From assembly GCF_006345805.1 (NCBI RefSeq), contig NC_043000.1:28086001-28150000 (forward strand): a DNA stretch of 64,000 nucleotides, written 5' to 3'. Made by a program: the position numbers and the translations under genes. The notes below the pieces were generated by a model, which was not told where the DNA came from, did no database searches, and saw only the letters and a program-made list of their open reading frames with translations. Source of the stretch: Octopus sinensis. Its lineage: Eukaryota. Positions 22,606 to 35,192 of this stretch are shown here, piece by piece; positions within the stretch are counted from its first letter, which is position 1; the number at the start of each line of letters is the position of its first letter.

Positions 22606-23853
22606 TGAAGGAAGTTACTTGTTTATCCAGTAGTTTGAGATAGAACAGAACGTGTTATCAATAGAATTGATCACTAGTTTTGGCAAGTACTTAGTCTCTC
22701 CGATTTAGCGAAAGCAGATGTATAGTTTTCGGTCGCGTTTGTTTGGTTGTTTGTCCTTGGACAGGATAACTCAAGAACCGCTGGATTGATTCAGATGGCA
22801 CTTTCAGGAGTGTTAGGCCTCATGACTTGCACGAACTGCTTAGATTTTGGGATTGATCCGTACCGGACAAGGATTCTGGATTTTTTTTTTTTTTTTTTTT
22901 TTTAGCTTAATCTTTGAGAGCGGTCGGGTTCATTTATAGTATTCTCATTCTTGAAAGCAGTGGAGTTTTTTAAGATATTCTCGTTTTTAAAATCATGCCT
23001 GGATGATCGTTGAGAGGATGTTGGTTTTCGTCTTAGCGGAGATTTTCGCTCTCTGAGTGCTTTTTTCTGTACTTATTTTTTTAAAATCTACATTGAAACC
23101 CCCTCGGTGTATTAAGACTCGGCATTAAATACTGCAACGTTGAAGGCAATGGATAATATTTGCATTAGCTTATTCTCAGCCTGATAAGAAAACTTTAATA
23201 AAAATCATATTTCGATTGAACAGGCAAAAAAAAAATTCCCATGTTATTTATTCGATCTTTTACATCGGGATTCGTCGTTAATAACAATAAACAAAAGCGA
23301 GAAAAAGATCAATTGCTCTAATTATTTCTAATTTTTGGCCCAAAGCCAGGAATTTTGAGTGGAGGTCTAAGTTGACTCTTTCGACCCCAAGGCTCAACTA
23401 GTACTTATTTTATCGATCCTGAAAGAGCGAACGGTGAAGTGGTCCTCGGAGTAATTTGAACTCAGAATGCAAGGAGCCGGGAGGAATACCGTTAAATATT
23501 TCGTTCGGCGTAATAGCGATTCCGACATCTCACTGCCTCCAATTGCTCTTTAAATCTAACTCCTTCACCTCGAGAAGCCATTGATGCAGAGAAAAAGACA
23601 AAACTTCCCCTCTTAATATTTCCCAGCCACCCACCCAAACTCAAGATTTCTACCATCTTTCTCTCTGATGTTGCTCTATTCGTTCATATTGGTTCCTTTC
23701 ATGTATTTCTTTTACCGAGATTTTGTCCTCTTATGAGCACATTCACTACAAATAGGGTGTCGTGCGTGTCACATGACAAAGTCATTTCATTTTTTTTCCC
23801 TGCCTTTTGCAAAACTGACACAAGAGTGTCATGCTTCTTGGTCTGCCTAACAG

Positions 23854-23928
23854 TTCTGTTTCTTCTTTCGAACATGATCATTAATATGATGTTCTGGATA
23901 AGGAATCGCTCTTCAAGTGATGGAAAAT
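23854..23928 (+). CDS. Candidate 75 nt internal exon, phase 1-1, hydrophobic (xLFLLSNMIINMMFWIRNRSSSDGK)
   Basis: Acceptor CCTAACAG and donor GTAAGT, one open frame, unique sequence. No homology recognised. Confidence 0.25.
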
Positions 23929-24062
23929 GTAAGTTTATAACTCGCAAAAATGTATTTATTTATTTATTCTTGTTTCTTTCAAGCAAAATATGCTGATTTG
24001 TCATAGACTCAAAGTTGTCGACATGATAGATGAGATTCTCCGTGGATACAATGTTGTTGCTC

Positions 24063-24124
<62 letters not shown>

Positions 24125-24326
24125 TTCTTCTCTCTCTCACACACATATAAATGAGAAAAATACAAGACAATGTCTTAATACGTAGATTGCCGAGTATTGC
24201 TTTCGAGTGATGCTTAAGGAATGCACAGATTTACAAAATCCAAATTGCCTTACATATCCACTGACACACACAAAGACAGACACACAGATAGATAGCTAGA
24301 TAGATAAATAAATAAATAAATAGAAT

Positions 24327-24411
<85 letters not shown>

Positions 24412-25059
24412 GACCACGTATTTTGAGCGCCACTTACTTTCGTCTGTCCACTCACTGGAGAGAGAGAGGGCGGTGCGTAAGTGTGTGTATCTTTGCTGAC
24501 ATATATTCTGTCTATATTTTAGTTATTGTCTTTGTAGACAAATCTCTTCCGTTCGCTATCAGAAAGGAATTCCAACGAATAATGTGTGAGTGCCTATGTG
24601 CTTACTCGAAAGGCTAGAAATATTATCGAAATCTCCCTCAATTCACTCATTCCCGTGTTAATGAACGAAATAATACACTAGGTGCCTGTAGTCCTACACA
24701 TGCATAATGATACCAAAAATGATAAAGCTTGAATGCTTTTAATCATGGGTATAGTACGTCGGTACTGACACTGGGTTCAATGACAAGAAGCGTAGATAGA
24801 ATAAATGCATTCGAACTAGGCATAGGAAGTTACTAAAACCAATTGATTTACAATTGGTCCTAATCTGATCGACGGCTGCAATATAAGCTAACATCGAATT
24901 GCTTGTATTTCCAGCCTGTTATTTAGTCTGCTTGTGTGCGCTTGTGATGTGTTAGCGCACATCCTTAAATGCTTATATATATAAACAAATCTATATGCAT
25001 GTATCTATGTATGAATGTATGTATGTGAATATATATATATATATATATATAAAAAAATA

Positions 25060-25477
25060 GGCGCAGGAGTGGCTGTGTGGTAAGTAGCTTGCTTACCAAC
25101 CACATGGTTCCGGGTTCAGTCCCACTGCGTGGCATCTTGGGCAAGTGTCTTCTGCTATAGCCCCGGGCCGACCAATGCCTTGTGAGTGGATTTGGTAGAC
25201 GGAAACTGAAAGAAGCCTGTCGTATATATGTATATATATATATATGTATGTGTGTGTATGTGTTTGTGTCTGTGTTTGTCCCCCTAACATTGCTTGACAA
25301 CCAATGCTGGTGTGTTTACGTCCCCGTCACTTAGCGGTTCGGCAAAAGAGACCGATAGAATAAGTACTGGGCTTACAAAGAATAAGTCCTGGGGTCGATT
25401 TGCTCGACTAAAGGCGGTGACCCAGCATGGCCACAGTCAAATGATTGAAACAAGTAAAAGATTAAAAGATTAAAAGA
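25060..25477 (+). mobile_element. SINE family A, full length, with an internal TA/TG microsatellite
   Basis: tRNA-like head GCGCAGGAGTGGCTGTGTGGTAAG..GGTTCAGTCCC; tail ends in TAAAAGA repeats. Confidence 0.9.
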
Positions 25478-25541
25478 TATATATATATATATGTGTGTGT
25501 GTGCGTGTGTGTGTGTGTGTATGGGTGTGAGTGTTTGTGAA

Positions 25542-25829
25542 GGCGCGTAGCTTAGTGGTTAGGGAATTCGGCTCACTATCGTAAGGTCGTGAGTTCAGTT
25601 CCCGGTGATGCGTTGTGTCATTGAGCAAGAAAATTTATTTCACGTTGCTCCAGTACACTCAGCTAGTAAAAATGAGTAGTAACTGTAATTCAAGGGGGGC
25701 AGCCTTGTCACACTCTGTGTCACGCTGAATCTCCCTGAGAACTACGTTAGGGGTACACGTGTCTGTGGAGTACTCAGCTACTTGCTCGTTAATTTCACAA
25801 GCATGCTGTTCCGTTGATCGTATCAACTG
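25542..25829 (+). mobile_element. SINE (head C + tail T2)
   Basis: Head GGCGCGTAGCTTAGTGGTTAG; tail GTCACGCTGAATCTCCCTGAG shared with the reverse complement of 48260-48400. Confidence 0.75.
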
Positions 25830-25871
25830 TGTGTGTGTGTGTGTGTGTGCAGGGAGAGAAAATAAAAAAGG

Positions 25872-25945
<74 letters not shown>

Positions 25946-27074
25946 ATAAAATTTTGTGGCCTCTGATCAACAAGTGTTTTTGTAAGCTCCCAGAAAATCG
26001 CTAAGAAATTTCTAAAAGGTTCCGATTTCTATAAAAAGAATAAATAAATAAAAAGGCCCTAAATGTCTTCCTGAATAATAAATAATACATTTGAGGAAAT
26101 ATAAACTGAAATATATTAAACAAGAAACATATTTTGCGAATGTAAGACGTATTAGCGTTACAAATAAGAACACGTGGATTTTACGAAATTTCTAAAATAA
26201 TTGCGATTTCCGATCGAAAAAAAAAATCAGTCTTTAATAAATTCTGAGTGAACCACAACACGACACCTTTAAAGAAATGCCATCTGTAATATATAGAAGA
26301 GAAAAACAGAAAAAATAAAAGCCCTTACGAATACACGAAATGTACACAGTGTATCGTATCAAGCAGCACATGGTGTTACCATAATTTGAAAAGAGGTTCA
26401 AAATCTTCCACTGCCATGGAAATACCCGTCTGTTAGGAAAATCTACATAAGTATTTTTGTGCATTTTCTGTCATTTATTGAAAGCTATTATTAGACGAAA
26501 GTAGAAAGATAAATTTACCTAAGGGTCTTTTCTCTACGTTTTGCTTTTGACTTACGAGATTATTGATTATTATAGAGAGGTTTAGCTTTCATTACTCCTA
26601 ATTTAACACCATTCCCGTAGATACAGATGGGCATACATTTATTCATTCGTTTATTTATATATCCCTGTCCAAGTCTATTTCTTTTCAAGAGTTTGCATAA
26701 ATTCTCTCTCTCTCCCTTTCTCTCTCTCCCTCTCTCTCCCCTCTCTCTCTCCCTTTCTCTCTCTCCCTCTCTCTCTCCCCTCTCTCTCTCCCTTCTCTCT
26801 CTCTCCCTCTCTCTCTCCCCTCTCTCTCTCCCTTTCTCTCTCTCCCTTTCTCTCTCTCCCTCTCTCTCTCTCCCTTTCTCTCTCTCCCTGTCTCTCTCAC
26901 ACACACACTTCTCTCCATCACTTCCCCCTTTTCTCGCTTTTCTCTCCATTGCTTCTCTCTAAATATGTAAACTCACTCTCTCTTTCTCTCTTTCTCCCTC
27001 TCTATATCTTTACTTCACTCTATCACACCATCTTTCTTCATCTCACTGTCATTGCTTCCAGCTGACTCTTTTTA

Positions 27075-27402
27075 CCGCTGCAGATATAAAAACAGAAGCA
27101 GTGATGATTGATTACATCAGTACAAAAGAAGACGATGTAATAAGGGCTATAGATGAAACGAACCCAAACTCAGCTACTGGCCCTGATGCATTCCCAGCAA
27201 TCCTTCTAAAATCGTGTAAGCGAGTCCTAGCAAGACCACTGCAGTTCCTCTTTTCAGAGCTTCCTTGCAACTGGCAAACTTTCAAGCAAGCTGAAGGAGG
27301 GTAAAATATGACCTATTCATAAGGGAGGTAGCAGAGCAGAGGCCAAAAACTACAGACCTATCTCTCTGACCTCGCACTTCAGCAAAGTCACAGAACGAAT
27401 AG
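27075..27402 (+). mobile_element. CR1-like LINE ORF2 fragment
   Basis: DVIRAIDETNPNSATGPDAFPAILLKSC..NYRPISLTSHFSKVTERIV. Confidence 0.75.
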
Positions 27403-28350
27403 TTTTCATCATTTGGATGAAATTTTCTCTCTTAGCATAACTACAGATATCAACCTGACGGTTGTCAATTTCCTAGATGTATTCTTAGCTCTAAATAAGA
27501 ATATTTACAAACCTTATAGGAAGCCCGACGATAGATTTAGTTATATTAATGTTGGCTCCTCTCATCCCCCCATAGTGTTTAAAAATTTAGTTAAAAACAT
27601 TAGCAAAAGAATTTCTTGCCTCTCCTCTGATAGGGACATTTTTAATAGCGTTGCCCCAGTATAAAATAATGCTCTAAAAGATAGTGGATTTAGCGAGGAA
27701 ATAACCTATACACCAGTCACCAGTCCAATAATAAAGAAAATGAAACATAGGAATAGGAAAACTGTCTGGTTCACACACCCTTATTCCCCCGAAGTGACCT
27801 TTAATATAGGTGTTTCATAGCACTTATAGATAGACATTTCCCAATCATTCTCAGTTACAGACAGCCCTTCTATAGACATTACTTAAAAATCAGTTTTAGC
27901 TCAACTACTAATTTTAAAAAAAATAATCGCACACAACATACAAAAACCACAAAATGAAACCAGCTGTTCATGCAGGGATAAAACTTCGTGCCCGCTAAAT
28001 GGAGCTTGTACGTCCGAGACCATCATTTATGAATCCACCGTAGACTCTACAACCACTAAGGACAGAGTTTCGATAAAGAAATATGTGTGTGTCACAGAGG
28101 AGAATTTTAAGGCCAGGTTCAACAATCACACCTTGAGCTTCAGGCACTAGGATAAAAGAAAAACGACCAAATATCCAGTCATATTATGGTCCTTAAAAGA
28201 TAAACGTGTCAGTTACAACATCCATTGGGAGACTTAGCCAAGTGTCAGCCTTACACTAACGGCAGTGCAAAGTGCGGTCTTTGTGATATGGAAAGATGGC
28301 TCATCTGGAGAAGCAGCTTAAACACCGCTACATGTCTAAATTCAAGAACT
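27403..28350 (+). mobile_element. Penelope-like element 3' fragment: RT thumb, Cys-rich linker and GIY-YIG endonuclease, decayed
   Basis: VNFLDVFLAL..YKPYRKPDD..YINVGSSHPP..NISKRISCLSSD, then CSCRDKTSCPLNGAC..IIY..Y..VTEENFKARFNNH..W..Y.NGSAKCGLC.ME..I..CLNSR. Confidence 0.8.
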
Positions 28351-29153
28351 GTCCACATATGGTTAAATATTTGTTACGTTTTTGGTCCCCCCAAGATCAC
28401 AGATAGAACCTGACTTTTATATTGTGTCCACGTACAAGTATTTTATCTGTCAATTTTTTATATATTTTTTACATATTCATATATATATATATATATTTAT
28501 ATTTTTATTGCTTTATATAATTTTACACATTTTTTCTGTATTTTGCCTTTCACCCTGCATTTTTCTTGTGCATACGCGTATATAAACGTGTATATGAACA
28601 TTTTTTGCGTGTGTGTGTGTGTGTGTGTGTGTGCGTGCGTGTGTGTGCGCGTGCGGATATTGTATGTATATACATGTATATGCACATGTGTATGATTGCG
28701 TATATATGTGGGTGTATATGCGAGTGTGAATGAGTATATACATATATAGCATGTACGTATTTTAGACGTGTATTTGAATATAATTTAGCACGTATGGGTA
28801 TGTGCACATGTGTGTGTGTGTGCGGATATGGATACGTGTATATGCATGGTTGCATATATATGTGCATATATAGGCGCATGTGTGGGTGTGCATGCATGTG
28901 TTTCACATGAGTGTGAGTGAGCATACGCTTATGGGCCTATGTTCGTGGGTGTGCGCGCGCACATGTGAATGTATGTACATGCGCGCTTACACGATTTCTA
29001 TGAGCATTTTTACTTCCTTACTTGCTTACTTTCTCCCCTTCGGGATTTTCCACCTTATTTAACGGTCATTCCAATAGCTCTTTCGTCTTAATAACAATCA
29101 ATTACATAGTAATTTCCCTCTATTTAACGGGCATAGCATTTTTTGATTGCCTC

Positions 29154-29202
29154 GATAACTGAGCAGTTTTCCGCCCCGACATCTGAAACTCGGAGTCTTA
29201 TT
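29154..29202 (+). ncRNA. Degenerate hammerhead in a repeat (about 29040-29320) homologous to 33925-34230
   Basis: GATAA-CTGAGCA-..CCGACATCT-GAAA-CTCGGAG-TC-TTATT. Core mutated; GUC triplet. Confidence 0.5.
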
Positions 29203-29329
29203 ATGGCAACCGAATAATTGTCACATATTATATTTACAGGTAAATTCAGCTATTTACCTAATATCGAGGTCTCATTCATTCCTTTGTTGTTTTACCATTA
29301 CTATTATGTAGGTAAATACGTTAGAAACA

Positions 29330-29445
29330 AAATACATATTTTGAAAGAAGTATCCATAAAACTAATTGAATGTTTAGGGGGCGGAAACAGAGTAAAATAA
29401 GAACGAAAGGTTTCCGTAGGCAAAATATGGTTGAGAACCATTGCT
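29330..29445. mobile_element. Probable right end of an hAT-like MITE
   Basis: Ends GGTTGAGAACCATTG, resembling hAT/Charlie-type TIRs. The left end was not found. Confidence 0.35.
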
Positions 29446-29674
29446 ATACAACATCGGTTTATCTTGTATCTGGCACCGAGCGGTATTAGGGCCGTAACCT
29501 GGCCAATGGGGCTCTGGTGAAAATTCATCAGGCATCTGATCGGTAACCGGCGGTTTCGAGTTCGTTCTGTCCCTGCGTCTGTGGAGACTCCGCGGCAAAC
29601 AGGGCGTCCCGTCACTCGCGATATGCGATGTCGGGGACCGCTTGTGAATTCAATATTCCCACGAAACTTCTTCT

Positions 29675-29739
29675 ATGCCGTCAGGACCAGAGAAAAAGCC
29701 GGCTCAACCCGCCCTGGATGAACGTTACCACAAGTACAA
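29675..29739 (+). CDS. Candidate first coding exon MPSGPEKKPAQPALDERYHKYK
   Basis: Unique CpG-rich patch (29450-29745) with a CCAAT box near 29504, an in-frame upstream stop at 29645, an ATG, and a strong donor GTAAGT at 29740. Confidence 0.3.
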
Positions 29740-30029
29740 GTAAGTAAGTGTCTTGCAAATCACACCTGTTTAAAGAAAAGGAAGAACACATTTATTAATA
29801 TACTGGTGGATCACCATGTCCACTGAGTAAAATTATGGACCCAAGTTTGCGTGACTAGTTAGAGTGACACAGTTTGGTGTAACTAGTTTGAGTAAACCAG
29901 TTTGGGTTACTAAGTGACTAACTCCGGTGACTTTCTTAGGGCTGACAAGCCAGCTTGAGGAAACCAATTTCTGTAACTAGAATTGTGATAGTTAAGGTCT
30001 GAAAGTCTCTAGATGTGCGTGAACCTATT

Positions 30030-30257
30030 TCTTTACTACACACAAAGGGCTAAACACAGAGAGGACGAACAAGGATAGACAAACGGATTATGTCGATTAT
30101 ATCGACCCCAGTGCGTAACTGGTACTTATCTAATCGACCCCAAAAGGATGAAAGACAAAGTCGACCTCGGCGGAATTTAAACTCAGAACGTAACGGCAGA
30201 TGAAATACGGCTACGCATTTCGCCCGGCGTGCTAACGTTTCTGCCAGCTCGCAGCCT
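30030..30257 (-). mobile_element. SINE family B
   Basis: Reverse complement of 21420-21652. Confidence 0.85.
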
Positions 30258-30763
30258 TCCGAAATAGGCTCGCCGCCTATTTCAATTAGCAATGAACTCG
30301 CTAAAAGATTGCGCAATAACAGTGAATTGTTTTAAGAAGTTTGCTTTGCAAACAATAGGTCAGAGGTTCGTTACCCTTGTGTGGAGTTTACGGCAACACT
30401 TTTTTTTTAACCTATAATCGATCCAACGCCTTGTGCGTGGAACCGGATAGAGAGAAAAGAATTGAATGGATTATACATGTAATTAGACTAATTAAGTCTA
30501 ATTACAGATTGTGTCACGCTGATTCTGCCATGAAATATCGTTAAAAGTACACTTGTCTGAGGAATACTCAGCCGACATCATACTACTCCAATGACGTGGT
30601 AATCCAGTTCAACAGACGACTGAATATTAACCGCGAAAACTGACTAAGATCAAAAGATTTTAACACTTATCCTTGTTTGAGTCAATCTATCTATCTGTCT
30701 ATCTATTTATCTATCTGTCTGTCTACATATCTACATATCTGTATGTGTGTGGGGGGGTATATG

Positions 30764-30804
<41 letters not shown>

Positions 30805-30869
30805 TTTATCTCTTCTTTCAGACATTTGACTGGGGCCATGTTAGGGCACCACCTTGAAAAAAGAGCACG

Positions 30870-30929
30870 TTTCCATGACGGGAATCGAACCTGGGCAGCC
30901 TGGATGAAAGCCATGAATTCTAACCACTA
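30870..30929 (-). pseudogene. tRNA-Glu(UUC) pseudogene lacking its 5' end
   Basis: Minus strand TAGTGGTTAGAATT-CATGG-CT-TTC-AT-CCAGG-CTGCCCAGGTTCGATTCCC..GGAAA, followed by a T6 run (A at 30857-30862). Confidence 0.6.
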
Positions 30930-30939
30930 TGTATGTGTG

Positions 30940-31047
<108 letters not shown>

Positions 31048-31385
31048 TAGATACACACACATATGCATATATATATACGCATATATAAAAACATAGATAA
31101 TGTTATATGATTATTTTTCTAAAGAAAATCTTGTAGAAGATGGCTTACAAGTTTATGTAACATGTACAATTTTGTACCTCTTATTAGCAAATGAAATATG
31201 TGTGATTATGAATAGGTAATGCCAACATATTTACCAATCGCGTGCTATGATATCTTTTTACTTTGCAAAAAAATAATTCCCAGAATTTTCAACTCTTACG
31301 CATACCTCACACTTATACATCTACATAGGTACTTGGAATCAGCGGGTGTGCTTCAAGACGAGACTGCTTGAACTTAAAACCTATT

Positions 31386-31412
31386 TATATAATAATAATG
31401 ATAATAATATTG

Positions 31413-31458
<46 letters not shown>

Positions 31459-31466
31459 TAATAATA

Positions 31467-31533
<67 letters not shown>

Positions 31534-31552
31534 TTAATAATAATAATAATAA
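31386..31552. repeat. (AAT)n microsatellite, 5' flank of the Dong-like LINE; the 3' flank (AAT)n lies at about 33492-33590
   Basis: Direct reading. Confidence 0.95.
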
Positions 31553-33490
31553 TAGCATCCCCCACACATGGATCCTCGAAACACTAGCCATTAACAAAGT
31601 AGCACCAACAATCATAAAATTCATAGAGCACTCTATGAATAAATGGCAAACAGTCCTACACCTCCAAACAAAAGAGGGACTCATGAAAACCAAAGACATC
31701 CCCATTAGAAGAGGAATATTCCAGGGAGACACGCTCTCTCCACTCCTTTTCTGCTTGGCACTGTCACCTCTATCTGATATGCTAAATAGAACTGGATGCG
31801 GATATAAATGTTACGGCAAAACGATCAGCCACCTTTTATATATGGATGACCTAAAACTATACGCTGCAAATGACAAACAGCTGGAAACACTATTAAGACA
31901 GTTCATGGATTTACCAAAGAAATAGATATGAAATTTGGATTAGAAAAATGCGCCAAAGTAACCATGAAAAGAGGAAAACTAGTTAAGAGTAACAACATCA
32001 CACTAGATAAAACCAATGAAATAAAAGAATTAGACCAAAGCCAAACTTACAAATACTTAGGAATCCATGAACAAGATAAGACACAACACACACAAATGAA
32101 AGAGAAAATAAAAAAAGAATATTATAGACGAGTTAGATCAATACTAAAAACAGAGCTCAATGCTAAAAACAAGATAATAGGTATCAACACTTTAGCTGTC
32201 CCAGTTATAAGTTACAGCTACAATATCCTTAACTGGACACGAAATGAACTGTCCAATATAGATAGGAAAACAAGAAAAATACTGACATTATCTAGGATGC
32301 ATCACCCAAAATCTGACATAGAAAGACTATATATACAACGTATAGAAGGTGGTAGAGGCCTTATAAAGCTGGAAAACTACTATAAAATAACCACCATAGG
32401 ACTGCAAAAATACCTACTTCAGAAGGAAGGAAAACTGATCCAGATAGCAGCAAAACACGAGCAAAACAAAAAACTGATCTCAGTATTTAAGGAAGCTGAC
32501 AAATACAAAGAAGAAATCATACCACCTAATAAACATGAAGAAGAAGAAGATGATGAAAAAACAACAAAAGCTATAAAACAAATGAAATCCAAACTAAAAA
32601 TAGAACAGCAACGAGCCATGATAAAACGATGGCAAGAAAAGCCCCTTCATGGTAAATACTGCACTAAACTAAACGCAAAAGAAATAGACAAAGAAAAATC
32701 CCAGCAATGGTTGAGAAGCTCAGGACTCAACAGAGACAGAGGGATTTTTAATTGCAGCACAAGACCAAAGCTTCCCCACCAGAAATTACCAAAAACATGT
32801 AATGAAAAGAAATATTACAAGTAACTGCAGAATATGTGGAGATGGACAAGAAACAATAAATCATATTATCTCTAGCTGCCCAGTCCTGGCTAAGAAGGAA
32901 TATATTCACAGACATGACAGAGTTGGAACCTACATACATTGGAAGCTATGCCAACATTATGGAATAACAACAGAAAAAAGATGGTATAGGCACACACCAG
33001 AAAAGGTCACAGAAAACGAGAAAGCAACCATACTCTGGGATATGCCGATACACACAGATAGAGAAATTAAGGCCAACAGACCAGATATAGTTGTCAGAGA
33101 TCATGAAGAAAAAAAATGCTTTCTAATTGATGTATCAATACCGGCAGATGACAACGTGTCTCTAAAAGAAATGGAGAAACTTACAAAATACAAAGACCTG
33201 GAAATAGAGGTAACTAGAATGTGGAACCTGAAAACAGAAACAATTCCTATCATAGTAGGTGCATTAGGCATGATAAAAAATATTCAGACAAATACATAAC
33301 AGAAACACCAGGACTTACAAACACATATAACATACAGAAAATTGCACTACTAGGCACTGCACACATCCTACGCAGAACACACTTTCCATACAATAACCAT
33401 CAGAGCATTACTACAAATCACAGCACATACCCAAGGCACACAGAGCTGCGCTCGGTAGTGAAGTAAAAGCACGCTATAAAAATAAATACT
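31553..33490 (+). mobile_element. 5'-truncated R4/Dong-clade non-LTR retrotransposon (RT, CCHC finger, restriction-like endonuclease) inside (AAT)n
   Basis: RRGIFQGDTLSPLLF, HLLYMDDLKLY, KFGLEKC, CRICGDGQETINHIISSC, RHD, RPDIVV and LIDVSIP. About three frameshifts. Confidence 0.92.
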
Positions 33491-33529
33491 GAATAATATA
33501 ATAATAATAATAATAATAATATAATAATA

Positions 33530-33571
<42 letters not shown>

Positions 33572-33795
33572 TAATAATAATAATAATATATACATTTCTT
33601 TCATTCTTTTGCTTCTTTCAGTCATTTGACTGCGGCCATGCTAGAGCACCGCTTTTAGTTGAACAAATCGACCCCAGGACTTATTCTTTGTCGGTCTACT
33701 ACTTATTCTGTCGTTCACTTTTACCTAAGAACTAAGTTACGGACACGTAAACACATCAATACTGGTTTTCAAGCGATGGTGGGTGAACAAACAAA

Positions 33796-33867
<72 letters not shown>

Positions 33868-33868
33868 C

Positions 33869-33926
<58 letters not shown>

Positions 33927-34028
33927 ACAGAAATGGTAAGGCAGCAATACAATGAAAGAGACCTCGATATTATGTAAATAAAGGAAATTATCTGTAAATA
34001 TAATATGCGACAATTATTCGGTAGCCCT

Positions 34029-34089
34029 GATAAAACTCCGAGTTTCGGATGTCGGTGTCCAAACCCACGCCGGCATCTCTTCAGTTATC
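34029..34089 (-). ncRNA. Near-intact type I hammerhead in repeat 33925-34230, which ends at (TA)n
   Basis: Minus strand GATAA-CTGAAGA-GATGCCGG..CCGACATCC-GAAA-CTCGGAG-TT-TTATC. Stem I is a perfect 5 bp; stem II has a one-nucleotide register slip. Confidence 0.65.
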
Positions 34090-34726
34090 GGGCCGTCGAA
34101 AAAAATGCTATGAAAATGACCGTTAAACAAAGGGAAATTACTATGTGGTTGACCGTTATTAAGACAAAAGAGCTATTAGAATGACCGCTAATTAAGAGGA
34201 GGGAGTAGAGGTAAGGGAGTAAAAATCTTCATAGCAATCGCGTAAGCGCGCATGTATGTATATATACACATGCGCTCCCGCACACCCACGTACATGCGCC
34301 TATATGTATATACTCATCCACCCTCACTTGAAACACATGTTCACTCACATATTCGCCAAAAAATAAAAATATATACACAACCGCATACACGCTCGCACAC
34401 ACACGCGCGCACCAAAATGTTGATGATTCAAACATACTGTCGCACTGAAACATGTGTAGGATGTTTTTCGGATATTGTTGGTTTTTTATATCCTTATTCT
34501 TTTATGTATCCCTTTTACTTTGCATTACTTTTCCATTGTAGTACAAATAAAATTACCAAGTATCTATCATGTCTTTTCTTCTCCAATTTCTTTTAACAAC
34601 TTTATAATTTACTAGACTGTTTATACATATATATTGAGGAACTTTCAATATATTTGATAAAGTCAGTTTGTATCTGGATTGTTGTTAACAATCCCTTACG
34701 AGGTAATTACATCCTCAATATTTAAG

Positions 34727-34763
<37 letters not shown>

Positions 34764-34779
34764 ATTATTTTATAGAAGG

Positions 34780-34830
34780 AGCTTCTACAGGACTAGAACT
34801 GTTTCATTCAGATGAAATCTTCAGGAAGCT
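34780..34830 (-). ncRNA. Hammerhead in the inverted arm (U at 10.1)
   Basis: Reverse complement of 35024-35074 with a G-to-T change at the first stem II base. Confidence 0.6.
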
Positions 34831-35023
34831 TGCTGTCAAAATAAGGTCTAGTATTTATACATTTAGGCAGATTTAATGGGGTGGTGTTGGGGGACGTTTT
34901 TTGGGTAAGTTGGTATTTAGGAGATAAACAGGGCAACTTACCAACTTACCCAAAAAACGTCCCCCACCACCACCCCATTAAATCTGCCTAAATGTATAAA
35001 TACCAGACCTTATTTTGACAGCA

Positions 35024-35074
35024 AGCTTCCTGAAGAGTTCATCTGAATGAAACAGTTCTAGTCCTGTAGAAGCT
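35024..35074 (+). ncRNA. Type I hammerhead ribozyme
   Basis: AGCTTC-CTGAAGA-GTTCATCTGAAT-GAAA-CAG(TTCTAGTC)CTG-TA-GAAGCT. Stem I is 6 bp, stem III is 4 bp, and the GUA triplet predicts cleavage after 35068. Confidence 0.8.
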
Positions 35075-35192
35075 CCTTCTATAAAATAAATTACTTTACT
35101 CTGCTATGTATTGAGTACCTTATTTACTGTGGTTAACCCCGACTCAACCCGGGACCTACATATATATGTATATATATATATATTTATATATA

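Larger units (their letters stand above)
34765..35158 (+). repeat. Fold-back retrozyme-like element: 151 bp inverted arms (34765-34915 and 34939-35089), 23 bp spacer, tail to 35158, then (TA)n
   Basis: The arms differ at only a few positions, and each contains an HHR. Confidence 0.85.

Noticed and set aside
26386-26440. Minus-strand candidate exon (TGISMAVEDFEPLFKL)
   Set aside because: Plausible acceptor, but ambiguous donor and frame and no homology recognised
30261-30283. 9 bp stem hairpin GAAATAGGC-TCGCC-GCCTATTTC as a terminator
   Set aside because: Composed of SINE B head and tail sequence at a SINE boundary; intrinsic terminators are not relevant in this context
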